Assembly: GCA_964600365.1 (NCBI GenBank)
Contig: CAZRJG010000003.1
Location: forward strand, 30,001-94,000
Length of the DNA: 64,000 nt
Direction of reading: 5' to 3'
Origin: an uncultured Acidimicrobiia bacterium
GTDB taxonomy: Bacteria; Actinomycetota; Acidimicrobiia; Spongiisociales; JAENVV01
Position 1 is the stretch's first letter; every line of letters starts with the position of its first letter. Below, one piece after another: positions 37,027 through 45,883 of this stretch. A program made the translations under genes and the position numbers. The notes beneath the pieces were generated by a model. That model saw nothing but the letters and a program-made list of their open reading frames with translations. It searched no databases and was not told the origin of the DNA.

Positions 37027-39141
37027 CTACGCGCCGTCCGGGGCGTCGTCCTCGGTTTCGGACGCGGCCGGGCCCACGATCGGGATCGTCGCTGTGATCT
37101 CGGCGGTGGCGTCGTCGGAAGAGGCGTCGAGTCGCTCGATGACCCGACGTTGGGAGCCCGGGGTACCGAATGCGGTGATCACGTCGTCGGCACGGAGGAT
37201 GGTGGTACCGGTCGGGACGAGGACCTCGGTGCCTCGCCGGACCGAGACGAGGGTGGATCCCTCTGGCCACGCCACGTCGCGGAGGGCCTTTCCGTCGGCG
37301 ATCGATCGCTGCGGGATCCGGAACTCGTAGTAGTGGGCCCCTGGGTCGGTCCGCTGGCGGAGTTGCTCCCGCTGGAGTTCCTGATGGGTCGAAGCCCCGA
37401 GCGCCTGGTGGTACGCCTGCACGGCGTCCTCGCGCCGGAACATGCCGATGAGGCGACTGGGATCGGTGTCGTCGACGACCGGGAGGCGCCCGACCCCGAG
37501 CACGGCCATGCGCTCAAGTGCTGCTGAGACCGGCATGGAAGGCGTGACCGTGGAGGGCCGAGGAGTCATCACGGTCGTCACGGCGTCTGCCGGGGACCCG
37601 CCGCGTGCGAGATCGGTGATGGTCACGATCCCTGTGAGGCGTTGGGCACGATCCACCACGGCAGCGCCGTGCGAGCGATGTCGGTCGAGGATCCGCTCGG
37701 CATCGCCGATCGAGGTCCACTCCTTCACGGTGAGGGCACGGGAGGACACCTCCCCCACGGAGACGGTGTCGAGCAGGTCGACCTCCCCCGTATGTGTGAG
37801 TCGGATGCCCATGCGGTCCAGTGATCGGGTGTAGAAGGAGAGCGGCTCGAAGCGCTCGCTGAGGAACGTCGCGAGCGATGCGCCGAGCATGAGGGGGAGG
37901 ACGAGGCCGTAGTCCTGGGCGCCGGTGATCTCGAACACGAGGATGATCGCGGTCAGCGGGGCGCGGGCGAACGCAGCGAGCATCGAGGCCATTCCGACGA
38001 CTGCGAGCGCCCCGGGGGAGATGAAGGCGACGCCCCAGACGTCGGCTGCGAGTTGGCCCACGGCCGCACCGATGGCACCGCCGATGAACAGTGACGGCAT
38101 GAACGCCCCTGAGCTGCCCCCTGATGCGTGGGTGAAGGCGGTGGCGACTGCCTTGAGGGCGGCGAGGGCGAGGAGGGTCGTCCACCCGAGGAAGTGCGGC
38201 TGCCCGAGTTGGAGCATCTGCCCGAGGAGGTCCTGTCCGGAGCGGAACACGTGCGGGCCGTCGTCGGTGAGGAAGAAGAGCTCGAAGATGCCGATGCCCG
38301 CGACGATCACGCCGAACACGAGGGGTCTCCAGCCACCACGGAGGCGCTCCCCGACGACGTGGACCCGATCGAGGATGCGCAGATACGGCACCGAGAGGAC
38401 CGCAATGACGAGCGCAAGAGCGATGTGCACGGCGAGGTTGCGCCAGTCGCCGAGCTCGAAGGTGGCGGCGCGCAGCACGGCCTCACCGAGGCCGAACTGG
38501 TCCGTGAGCTCGGTCGTGGTCACCGCTGCTGCGACCGATGCCACGACGATCGTCGACATGTGGCGGACCGAGAAGGTGCCCAGGATGACCTCGAGGGCGA
38601 AGAGCATGCCGGCGATGGGGGCGTTGAACGAGGCACCGATACCTGCGCCGGCGCCGGCTGCGACGAGACTCCGCAGCGCGTCCTCCCCGACGTTGAAGCG
38701 GCGGGCGATGGATGAGCTGATCGCGCCTCCGATCTGCACGATGGGGCCCTCTCGTCCGCCGGAGCCGCCGCCCCCGAGGGTGAGTGCCGACGCGATCGTC
38801 TTGATGAAGATCGACTTCGTCGAGAGGTAGCCACCGTGGACGGAGAGGGCTGCTGCCGTCTCCGGGACGCCGCCACCCGAGGACTCGGGTGACCACCGGT
38901 CGGCGATCCACCACGCGATGAGTAGCGAGAGGGGCACCGCGGCGAGCCACAGGAATGGGCGCCACGAAGCCTCCCCCCGGGTGAGGTCGTCCAGCCATCC
39001 GCCGAGACCCTGCAGCAGGAGGATGAGGACGGTGGCGCCGACGCCGACGGCTACGCCGACGAGCATCGCGAGTCCCAGGAGCCCTGTCGTCTCCCGATCG
39101 GTGAGGAACGCAATCCCCCTGATCTCCCGCCATCGGCGCAT
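37027..39141 (-). CDS. ClC-family chloride channel/antiporter with CBS pair and RCK_C domain
   Basis: 'GGGVPE', 'GREGP', 'AAGAGAGIGASFNAPIAG', 'GAFMPSLFIG' and 'ARAPLTAIIL'. CBS repeats, then 'DGKALRDVAWPEGSTLVSVRRG..VLVPTGTTILRADD'. Confidence 0.88.
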   Translation of the reverse strand: MRRWREIRGIAFLTDRETTGLLGLAMLVGVAVGVGATVLILLLQGLGGWLDDLTRGEASWRPFLWLAAVPLSLLIAWWIADRWSPESSGGGVPETAAALSVHGGYLSTKSIFIKTIASALTLGGGGSGGREGPIVQIGGAISSSIARRFNVGEDALRSLVAAGAGAGIGASFNAPIAGMLFALEVILGTFSVRHMSTIVVASVAAAVTTTELTDQFGLGEAVLRAATFELGDWRNLAVHIALALVIAVLSVPYLRILDRVHVVGERLRGGWRPLVFGVIVAGIGIFELFFLTDDGPHVFRSGQDLLGQMLQLGQPHFLGWTTLLALAALKAVATAFTHASGGSSGAFMPSLFIGGAIGAAVGQLAADVWGVAFISPGALAVVGMASMLAAFARAPLTAIILVFEITGAQDYGLVLPLMLGASLATFLSERFEPLSFYTRSLDRMGIRLTHTGEVDLLDTVSVGEVSSRALTVKEWTSIGDAERILDRHRSHGAAVVDRAQRLTGIVTITDLARGGSPADAVTTVMTPRPSTVTPSMPVSAALERMAVLGVGRLPVVDDTDPSRLIGMFRREDAVQAYHQALGASTHQELQREQLRQRTDPGAHYYEFRIPQRSIADGKALRDVAWPEGSTLVSVRRGTEVLVPTGTTILRADDVITAFGTPGSQRRVIERLDASSDDATAEITATIPIVGPAASETEDDAPDGA

Positions 39142-39188
39142 GGGGTGGAGGGTACGCGTCGGACACCCCCCGACAGTCCACCGACTGT

Positions 39189-39222
39189 TTAGGCATACCT
39201 AACAACTTGGGTTAGCCTTCCC
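39189..39222. promoter_or_regulatory. Tandem DtxR/IdeR-type iron boxes
   Basis: TTAGGCATACCTAA (39189-39202, 5-bp palindromic arms) and TTGGGTTAGCCTTCCC (39207-39222) resemble TTAGGTTAGSCTAACCTAA, immediately upstream of a Fe3+ ABC operon. Confidence 0.7.
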
Positions 39223-39249
39223 GGCACACCAAAACGGAGGTTCCCTGAC

Positions 39250-40242
39250 ATGCATCGATTCGTCGCTTCCCTGTTGCTGTTCACCCTCGTGCTCTCGGCA
39301 TGTGCCTCGGCAGGAGATGAGACGCTCACGATCTACTCGGGTCGAGGCGAGGAACTCGTCGGCCCAGTCATCGAACGGTTCGAGGCGGAGACCGGCATCG
39401 AGGTGGAGGTCCGCTACGGCGACAGTGCCGAAATGGCGGCGACGCTGCTCGCCGAGGGAGAGGACAGTCCCGCGGACCTCTTCTTCGCCCAGGATCCCGC
39501 ATCGCTCGGTTCGGTTGCGGCGGCCGGCCTCTTCGCCACGCTCGACGATGAGGTCCTCGGCCTCGTCCCGGCCCGGTTCTCCGACGATGACGGCGAGTGG
39601 GTCGGCGTCTCGGGACGGGTGCGAGTGCTCGCGTATGACACGAGCCTCGTCGATCCGGCTACCTTCCCCGCCGATGAGGACGGCTTCGCCGATCCTGCCT
39701 GGGCGGGACGGGTGGCCATCGCCCCCACGAACGGATCGTTCCTCACCTTCGTGGCCGCGAAGATCCTCTTGGACGGCGAGGACGCAACGCTCGCCTGGCT
39801 CCAGGGCATGGCGGCCAACGACGCGCCGACCTACCCCAAGAACTCAGCGATCGTGGCTGCGATCGACGAAGGACAGGTCGAGACCGGCCTCGTGAACCAC
39901 TACTACCGGATGCGATTCGCCGTCGAGTCGCCCGACACCGTCGTGGCCAACCACTTCTTCGACACCGAGTCGGCGGCTGGCCTCATCATGCCCGCCGGGG
40001 TGGGGATCCTCGCTTCGTCCGACAACGACGCCGCAGCTGCGTTTGTTGCGTACCTCCTCTCGGAGGAGTCCCAGCAGTACTTCGCCGACGCCACATTCGA
40101 GTATCCGCTGATCGACGCCGTGGAGGCCGATCCGGGACTCACCCCGCTCAACCAGTTGCCGCAACCGGACCTGAACCTGTCGGATCTCGCCGGGCTGCTT
40201 GATCGGGCCACGGAGCTCGTCGCTGAGGCCGGCCTGCTGTGA
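39250..40242 (+). CDS. Fe3+ ABC transporter substrate-binding lipoprotein (FutA/AfuA-like)
   Basis: Lipobox 'LSAC', 'IYSGRGEEL', 'SPADLFFAQD', 'APTNGSF', 'LVNHYY' and 'FEYPL'. Confidence 0.9.
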   Translation: MHRFVASLLLFTLVLSACASAGDETLTIYSGRGEELVGPVIERFEAETGIEVEVRYGDSAEMAATLLAEGEDSPADLFFAQDPASLGSVAAAGLFATLDDEVLGLVPARFSDDDGEWVGVSGRVRVLAYDTSLVDPATFPADEDGFADPAWAGRVAIAPTNGSFLTFVAAKILLDGEDATLAWLQGMAANDAPTYPKNSAIVAAIDEGQVETGLVNHYYRMRFAVESPDTVVANHFFDTESAAGLIMPAGVGILASSDNDAAAAFVAYLLSEESQQYFADATFEYPLIDAVEADPGLTPLNQLPQPDLNLSDLAGLLDRATELVAEAGLL

Positions 40243-41852
40243 GCCGGGAGGCCGTGCTCGCGCCGCCGACCCGTCAGGGTCGGTCGGGCGCGCGCCCGGG
40301 GCGGGGGCCGAGCAAGCTACTGCTCGTCGCGGCCTTGCTGGTCCTCGTCCCGGTGGCCCTCCCGGTGATCTCCCTCTTCGCCACGGTCCTCGGGGACCTC
40401 GATGGCCTCGACACGGTGCTCTCGGGGGCGAGATTGGCGGAGCTTTCCATCCGGTCGGTGGTCCTCGTCGCCGCGGTGACGCTCACGGCCCTGGTGGTCG
40501 GCACGTCGCTCGCCTGGGTCCTCGTGCGCACCGACCTGCCTGGCAGGCGCGTGTGGAGCGTCGCGGTGGCTCTGCCGCTTGCAATCCCGTCGTATGTGAT
40601 CGCGTTGACCCTCTTGGCCTTCAGTGGCCCACGGGGCCTGTTCCAGGACGTGGGCGGTGTCGGCCTGCCGGTCTTCGACGGATTCTTCGGGGCGTGGCTC
40701 GCGCTCAGCCTCTCCACCTTCCCGTATGTCTTCCTCCTCACCGCTGAGGCGTTCCGCTCGATCGATCCCTCGCTGGAGGAGGCAGCCCGGGGACTCGGCG
40801 CCTCGCCTGGTCGGGTGTTCCGCACCATCACGCTCCCCCAACTGCGCCCGGCCCTCGGGGCAGGCGCTCTCCTCAGCGGTCTCTATGCGCTGAGCGACTT
40901 CGGTGCAGTCTCCCTCATGCGCTACGACACCTTCACTCGTGCCATCTACGCGCAGTACGCCGGTCGGCTCGATCGGGCGCCGGCCGCCACGCTGTCGTTG
41001 CTCCTCATCGTGCTTGCGCTGGCCTTCATCTGGGGAGAGCAGCGCTCCCGAGGCCGCGGGATGCTCTGGTCGCGATCCGTTCGCCGCCCGGCGCCCCAAC
41101 ACGTCCTCACCAACCTCGGTCGTGCGGGCAGCCGGGTGTGGCTGGGGACGGTCGTGCTCGTCGGAGTGGTGCTCCCCGTGTTCGTCCTCGTTGCGTGGGT
41201 CGGCCGGGGCCTGTCGGCTGGTTCGATCGTCGACCTCGAGTGGTCGGCGCTCGGCGGCACCTTGCTCGTGAGCGGTCTGGCCGCCGTGGTGGCCACCGTG
41301 TTCGCGATCCCGGTGGCGATCCTCACGGTCCGCCACCCCGGCAGGCTCGCGGCCTGGGTCGACCGCATGGTGGGCGTCACCTACTCCCTCCCGCACATCA
41401 CCGTCGCGCTTGCCGTCCTTGTCTTCACCGTGACCTGGCTCCGGCCGCTCTACCAAGGCATCGGCGTGCTCGTGGTCGCCTATGCAGCGGTGTTCCTGTC
41501 CCAGGCCTCCGGGGCTACCACGAGTGCCCTCCGCACTGTGAACCCAAACCTCGAAGAGGCGTCCCGTGGGCTGGGGAGGTCGTCGTCGGCCACGCTCGTG
41601 CGAGTCACCCTCCCACTCATCTGGCGGGGCCTCGCCGCAGGGGCCGCGCTCGTCTTCCTCACGACCGTGAAGGAGTTGCCGATCACGCTCCTCCTCCGCC
41701 CGACGGGGCTCGACACCCTTGCGGTGCGGGTGTGGTCGTCGGCGGGCGAGTTGTTCTACGCCAACGCTGCCATGTCTGCGCTCCTGCTCGTTATCGTTTC
41801 GGCTGTGCCGGCCTATCTCCTCGTGATCAAGCCGAGGGCGGTGCGTTCGTGA
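40239..41852 (+). CDS. Fe3+ ABC transporter permease
   Basis: 'PLAIPSYV', 'LEEAARGLG', 'LSDFGAVS', 'LEEASRGLG' and 'KELPITLLLRPTG..TLA'. Confidence 0.9.
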   Translation: MSREAVLAPPTRQGRSGARPGRGPSKLLLVAALLVLVPVALPVISLFATVLGDLDGLDTVLSGARLAELSIRSVVLVAAVTLTALVVGTSLAWVLVRTDLPGRRVWSVAVALPLAIPSYVIALTLLAFSGPRGLFQDVGGVGLPVFDGFFGAWLALSLSTFPYVFLLTAEAFRSIDPSLEEAARGLGASPGRVFRTITLPQLRPALGAGALLSGLYALSDFGAVSLMRYDTFTRAIYAQYAGRLDRAPAATLSLLLIVLALAFIWGEQRSRGRGMLWSRSVRRPAPQHVLTNLGRAGSRVWLGTVVLVGVVLPVFVLVAWVGRGLSAGSIVDLEWSALGGTLLVSGLAAVVATVFAIPVAILTVRHPGRLAAWVDRMVGVTYSLPHITVALAVLVFTVTWLRPLYQGIGVLVVAYAAVFLSQASGATTSALRTVNPNLEEASRGLGRSSSATLVRVTLPLIWRGLAAGAALVFLTTVKELPITLLLRPTGLDTLAVRVWSSAGELFYANAAMSALLLVIVSAVPAYLLVIKPRAVRS

Positions 41853-42862
41853 GTGGTTTCATCTCCTGGGAGGGCGTGACGCGCTCGTTCGGCGAGGGCA
41901 GGGCCCTCGATCGGTTCACCCTCGACGTCGACGAGGGCATGATCCTGTGCCTCGTCGGCCCGAGTGGCTGCGGCAAGACGACGGCGCTGCGGGTGCTTGC
42001 CGGCTTCGACCGCCCCGACGCAGGACGCGTCGAGGTCAGGGGTCGGACCATGGTGGACGGCGACTCCTTCGTGCCGCCCGAGCGCCGATCAGTGGGCATG
42101 GTGTTCCAGGACTACGCGCTCTTCCCCCATCTCTCGGTCGAGGCGAACATCCGGTACGGGCTCGGATCGGCTCAACGCAACCGGGTGGGCGAAGTGCTCG
42201 AACTCACCGGCCTCGAGGGGATGGGTGACCGGATGCCCCATGAACTCTCCGGCGGCGAGCAGCAACGGGTGGCCCTCGCGAGGGCGCTTGCGCCCCGACC
42301 CGACGCCATTGTCCTCGATGAGCCGTTCTCCAACCTCGATGCGACGCTCCGCGACCGGATGCGCCGAGAGGTGAGGCGGATCCTCAACGAGTCGGGGACG
42401 ACCGCGGTCCTCGTCACCCACGACCAGGAGGAGGCGCTCGCGGTAGGGGACACCGTGGCGATCATGCGATCGGGGTCGGTCCTCCAGGTGGGGTCGCCGA
42501 CAGAGGTGTACGAGCGACCTGCCGACCCGTGGGTCGCCGGATTCCTCGGGGATTCCGTGGGCCTGGAGGGCCACGCCTCCGGTGGTCGGGTGTCCACGGT
42601 GCTCGGATCGTTCCTCTATCGCGGTCCGTTGGAGGGGCGGGTCGAGGTGATGCTCAGGCCCGAGTGGATCCATCCCACGCCGGACGAGGCCGGGGATGTC
42701 ACCGTGGTCGATCGGGAGTTCTACGGCCATGATCAGATGGTCCAACTCGAGGTCCCGGGTGGTGGCCGTCTCATCTCCCGGGTCGGCCCGCGTCCGAGCT
42801 TCCGGCCCGGGGACACGGTGCGGCTCAAGGTGTCGGAGGCGGTCGTCTTCCCTCCCGGGTAG
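41849..42862 (+). CDS. Fe3+ ABC transporter ATP-binding protein (TOBE C-terminus)
   Basis: GPSGCGKT, 'PPERRSVGMVFQDYALFPH', LSGGEQQR and 'VTHDQEEA'. GTGA overlap with the permease. Confidence 0.9.
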   Translation: MSGFISWEGVTRSFGEGRALDRFTLDVDEGMILCLVGPSGCGKTTALRVLAGFDRPDAGRVEVRGRTMVDGDSFVPPERRSVGMVFQDYALFPHLSVEANIRYGLGSAQRNRVGEVLELTGLEGMGDRMPHELSGGEQQRVALARALAPRPDAIVLDEPFSNLDATLRDRMRREVRRILNESGTTAVLVTHDQEEALAVGDTVAIMRSGSVLQVGSPTEVYERPADPWVAGFLGDSVGLEGHASGGRVSTVLGSFLYRGPLEGRVEVMLRPEWIHPTPDEAGDVTVVDREFYGHDQMVQLEVPGGGRLISRVGPRPSFRPGDTVRLKVSEAVVFPPG

Positions 42863-42871
42863 CGTCGCGCC

Positions 42872-43741
42872 ATGCGGCTCCACCTCCTCGACGGCACGTA
42901 CGAGTTGTTCCGCGCCCATTTCGGGTACCCACCGCGCACCTCACCCGACGGCATGCAAGTCGGTGCCGTGACCGGCCTCGTCGAGACCACGCTCCGCTTG
43001 TTGCGGCAACCCGACGTCACGCATCTCGGCGTCGCCTTCGACACGGAGATCACGAGCTTTCGCAACGACCTCTTCGACGGGTACAAGACCGGGGAGGGCC
43101 TCGAGCCCGAGCTCTGGGCCCAATTTCCCCTCGCCGAGCGAGCCCTCGCAGCCCTCGGGATCACCGTTTGGAGAATGGTCGAGTTCGAGGCCGACGACGC
43201 CCTGGCGACGGCTGCCCTCCAGTGGTGCGACGATGTCGAGCAAGTGGTGATCCTCTCCCCGGACAAGGACCTCACACAATGCGTCGTGGGGGACCGGGTC
43301 GTCACCTTCGACCGCCGTCGGGAGATCCTCCTCGACGAGGGCGGTGTCATCGAGCGGTTCGGTGTCCCACCGGAGTCGATCCCCGACTACCTCGCCCTCG
43401 TGGGGGACTCGGCCGACGGCATCCCCGGGGTGCCCTCGTGGGGGGCGAAGTCCACGGCCGCGGTGCTCGGCCGCTACCACCGGTTGGAGGGGATCCCCCG
43501 CGATGACCAGGAGTGGGACATCGCGGTGCGGGGGGCTGCCCGGCTCGCCCAGAACCTCCGGGACCACGAGGCCGAGGTGCTCCTCTACCGGGACCTGGCG
43601 ACGCTTCGGCGCGATGTCCCCCTCGACGAGGAGTTGCCGGACCTCGAGTGGCGGGGCGTGCCCCGCACCGGGTTCCTGTCGCTCTGTGGCGAACTCGGGG
43701 CGACCGGCCTCAAGGACCGTCCGCACCGCTGGGCTGACTAA
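42872..43741 (+). CDS. Stand-alone 5'-3' exonuclease / flap endonuclease (Pol I N-terminal-like, FenA-like)
   Basis: 'LLDGTYELFRAHF', 'FRNDLFDGYKT', 'EFEADDALAT', 'SPDKDL' and H3TH 'ALVGDSADGIPGV..WGAKS'. Confidence 0.9.
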   Translation: MRLHLLDGTYELFRAHFGYPPRTSPDGMQVGAVTGLVETTLRLLRQPDVTHLGVAFDTEITSFRNDLFDGYKTGEGLEPELWAQFPLAERALAALGITVWRMVEFEADDALATAALQWCDDVEQVVILSPDKDLTQCVVGDRVVTFDRRREILLDEGGVIERFGVPPESIPDYLALVGDSADGIPGVPSWGAKSTAAVLGRYHRLEGIPRDDQEWDIAVRGAARLAQNLRDHEAEVLLYRDLATLRRDVPLDEELPDLEWRGVPRTGFLSLCGELGATGLKDRPHRWAD

Positions 43742-44679
43742 CTGAGGACGCCGGCGAGGGCGGCACCGGCCGCGCGTTGGGGTTCGGTGGACCACGGGAT
43801 CACTGCCGTGGGATCGAGGCCGGTGGCGGAACGGCATGCGCGGACCGCCTCGGAGGGGGAGGCCGGAGCCCGATTGAGGACGACGTGGGGCGTTGCTCCG
43901 TCCCAGGTGGTGAGGGCAGCCGCCGTCCTGATGAGGCCGAGGGCGCTCGCATCGACCACGAGTACCCAATGCGTGGTCCCCGACGGGTGTTCTCCGCTCG
44001 GGAACGGACCCGTATCCACCACGACCGGACCCTCGGAGCGGAGCCAGGAGAGCACCTCTGGTGGAGGCACGCGGTCGGCGGGACCGCCCAATGGGGCAAG
44101 GACCCGCAGCCCCTGCGTCGTGGTGAGTGGAGGGTCGTGGGCCGACCGCAGGTCGTCGAGGAGGTCGTCGTACGAGGGCCCAGGGGGAATGCCGAGGAGC
44201 GGTCCCAGGTTGGGCTGGGGGTCCCCGTCGATGAGTGCCGCGCCGGGGAGTGAGCGGGCGAGCGCCATCGCCACGGTGCTCCGACCCGGCGCTCCACGGA
44301 CACCCACGACGGTGTACACGGGCCAGGCGGGCCGGGTGGAGCCGAGTGGGCGCGACGCGGCCAGGAGGATCCGTTCCACGTCGTCGTCGGGGAGGACGAG
44401 GTCGACGCCGGTGACGGCGAGGGCGGCCCGCTCCGATGTCGAGCCTGCGGCGTGGACCCCGATCACGAACCTCCCGAGCCGATGCCATGCCTCGACGAGG
44501 CCCCGAGAGAGCCACGCCGTCTCCCCGCCCACGACGACCACTGCTGGTCGGGTGACATCGATCGTGGATGGATCCCAGGCCCTGGCGACGATGCGCAGGA
44601 TGGCGGTCGACCGGGCGAGTCGCACCAAGCCATGCTCCCAGGGGCGGGCCGAGAGCACCGTGGCGACGGCCGGCCTCAC
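43738..44679 (-). CDS. CpaE/ParA-like P-loop protein with N-terminal receiver-like domain
   Basis: Deviant Walker A 'GVRGAPGRST', 'LIDGDP', 'VVVDTG' and 'VVLNR'. GTGA overlap with the upstream gene. Confidence 0.7.
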   Translation of the reverse strand: MRPAVATVLSARPWEHGLVRLARSTAILRIVARAWDPSTIDVTRPAVVVVGGETAWLSRGLVEAWHRLGRFVIGVHAAGSTSERAALAVTGVDLVLPDDDVERILLAASRPLGSTRPAWPVYTVVGVRGAPGRSTVAMALARSLPGAALIDGDPQPNLGPLLGIPPGPSYDDLLDDLRSAHDPPLTTTQGLRVLAPLGGPADRVPPPEVLSWLRSEGPVVVDTGPFPSGEHPSGTTHWVLVVDASALGLIRTAAALTTWDGATPHVVLNRAPASPSEAVRACRSATGLDPTAVIPWSTEPQRAAGAALAGVLS

Positions 44680-44978
44680 GCCTCGAGCTCGATCGAGGTG
44701 ATGGCGTGGAGCGGCAGGACCACGATCCTGTTCCCCGCCCTGAGCGCGAGGTGGTCGGTCCCGACGGCGTCGATCGCCCCGGCTTCGCGGTCGTCGGACC
44801 TCGTGGACACGCCGACGCGGTGGCCAGCGTCCTCCCACTCGACGAGGAGTTCCCTGAGGGTGCGGGTTCGAGCATGGGCGATCCGGGCGACCTCGACCTC
44901 TGCGGCCGCTGCCTGATCGAATGAGCGGCGCAGGCGGTGTCCGAGTGCGACGAGGTCGGGGTGGCGAAGCGCATCCAT
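44676..44978 (-). CDS. Small hypothetical protein (helix plus SH3/LSm-like C-terminus)
   Basis: AAGGAGG RBS. 'GAIDAVGTDHLAL...VVLPLHAITSI' resembles small proteins usually found before actinobacterial CpaE-like genes. Confidence 0.6.
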   Translation of the reverse strand: MDALRHPDLVALGHRLRRSFDQAAAAEVEVARIAHARTRTLRELLVEWEDAGHRVGVSTRSDDREAGAIDAVGTDHLALRAGNRIVVLPLHAITSIELEA

Positions 44979-45019
44979 CGGGGCCCTCCTTGGAAGGAAG
45001 AATGAAGTAACGTAAAACA

Positions 45020-45049
45020 ACACTAAAGGCCTTTGAGGGCTCCGGGCAA
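45020..45049 (-). promoter_or_regulatory. Sigma70-type promoter for the 44978 operon
   Basis: TTGCCC-N18-TAGTGT on the minus strand, followed by an unusually AT-rich leader and an AAGGAGG RBS. Confidence 0.5.
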
Positions 45050-45123
45050 GGAGTGGTTTTCGCGAGGATCGAGGGCGCCGATCCGGCGCCGCGTGCGCGT
45101 GGCGCGATCGGTAGCGTTCGGCC

Positions 45124-45402
45124 ATGGGCACGGCTCCGGCACCGGTGGAGGAGATCGTCGAAACCCGCGATCGGGAGTGGGCCGTTGTCGTATGGAACGA
45201 TCCCGTGAATCTCATGAGCTACGTCGTACTGGTGTTCCGGAAGCTGTTCGGGTACTCGAAGGAGAAGGCAACGAAACTCATGCTCGAGGTCCACCACGAC
45301 GGTCGGAGCATCGTGGCCTCGGCGCCGAGGGAGACCGCCGAGATGCATTGCCACCGCCTCCATCGCTACGGGCTGTGGGCGACGATGGAGCAGCAATTGT
45401 GA
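45124..45402 (+). CDS. clpS: ATP-dependent Clp protease adaptor ClpS
   Basis: 'WAVVVWNDPVNLMSYV', 'ATKLMLEVHHDGRSIV' and 'LHRYGLWATME'. Confidence 0.95.
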   Translation: MGTAPAPVEEIVETRDREWAVVVWNDPVNLMSYVVLVFRKLFGYSKEKATKLMLEVHHDGRSIVASAPRETAEMHCHRLHRYGLWATMEQQL

Positions 45403-45881
45403 TCGACCTCGTCGCCACGTCGTCGGGCCCCCGGCTGGCCGTTGCCCCGGAACTCGAGGACGTGTTGCTATCGGTTCCCGGGTGGCTCTCCTCGGTTGGG
45501 CGCAAGGGCAGGGACCCCGCTGCCGATCGGCTCTCGCCGAAGGTGTACGTCGATGATGAGGGCGCCGCTGCCGAGTTCGACCGGCTCATGACCCCGGAGC
45601 TGGACGCCGGCCGCCTCGAGGATCGGGCGCGCTATGAGCAGGTGATGCAGCGCGCGCTCGATGGTGGCACCGTCCTCGACGGCGAAGAGGCCTTCGCCCT
45701 CCTGCGGGTCCTCGATGAGGCACGGCTCGTCATCGCTGCCCGACTTGGAATCCACTCCGACGAGTGGCAGCCCGGCCCGGGAGTCGACGACTCCCCGGAG
45801 CTCCACGTCTACCACCTGCTCGGGTGGCTGCAGGACGCGCTCATCGAGGCGGCGGAGGACATCCTCCTGGTCTCCGAGTGA
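45399..45881 (+). CDS. DUF2017-family protein
   Basis: Follows clpS (a conserved actinobacterial pairing). 'DPAADRLSPKVY', 'EFDRLMTPEL', 'LDEARLVIAARLGI' and 'YHLLGWLQDALIEA'. Confidence 0.8.
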   Translation: MIDLVATSSGPRLAVAPELEDVLLSVPGWLSSVGRKGRDPAADRLSPKVYVDDEGAAAEFDRLMTPELDAGRLEDRARYEQVMQRALDGGTVLDGEEAFALLRVLDEARLVIAARLGIHSDEWQPGPGVDDSPELHVYHLLGWLQDALIEAAEDILLVSE

Positions 45882-45883
45882 CC

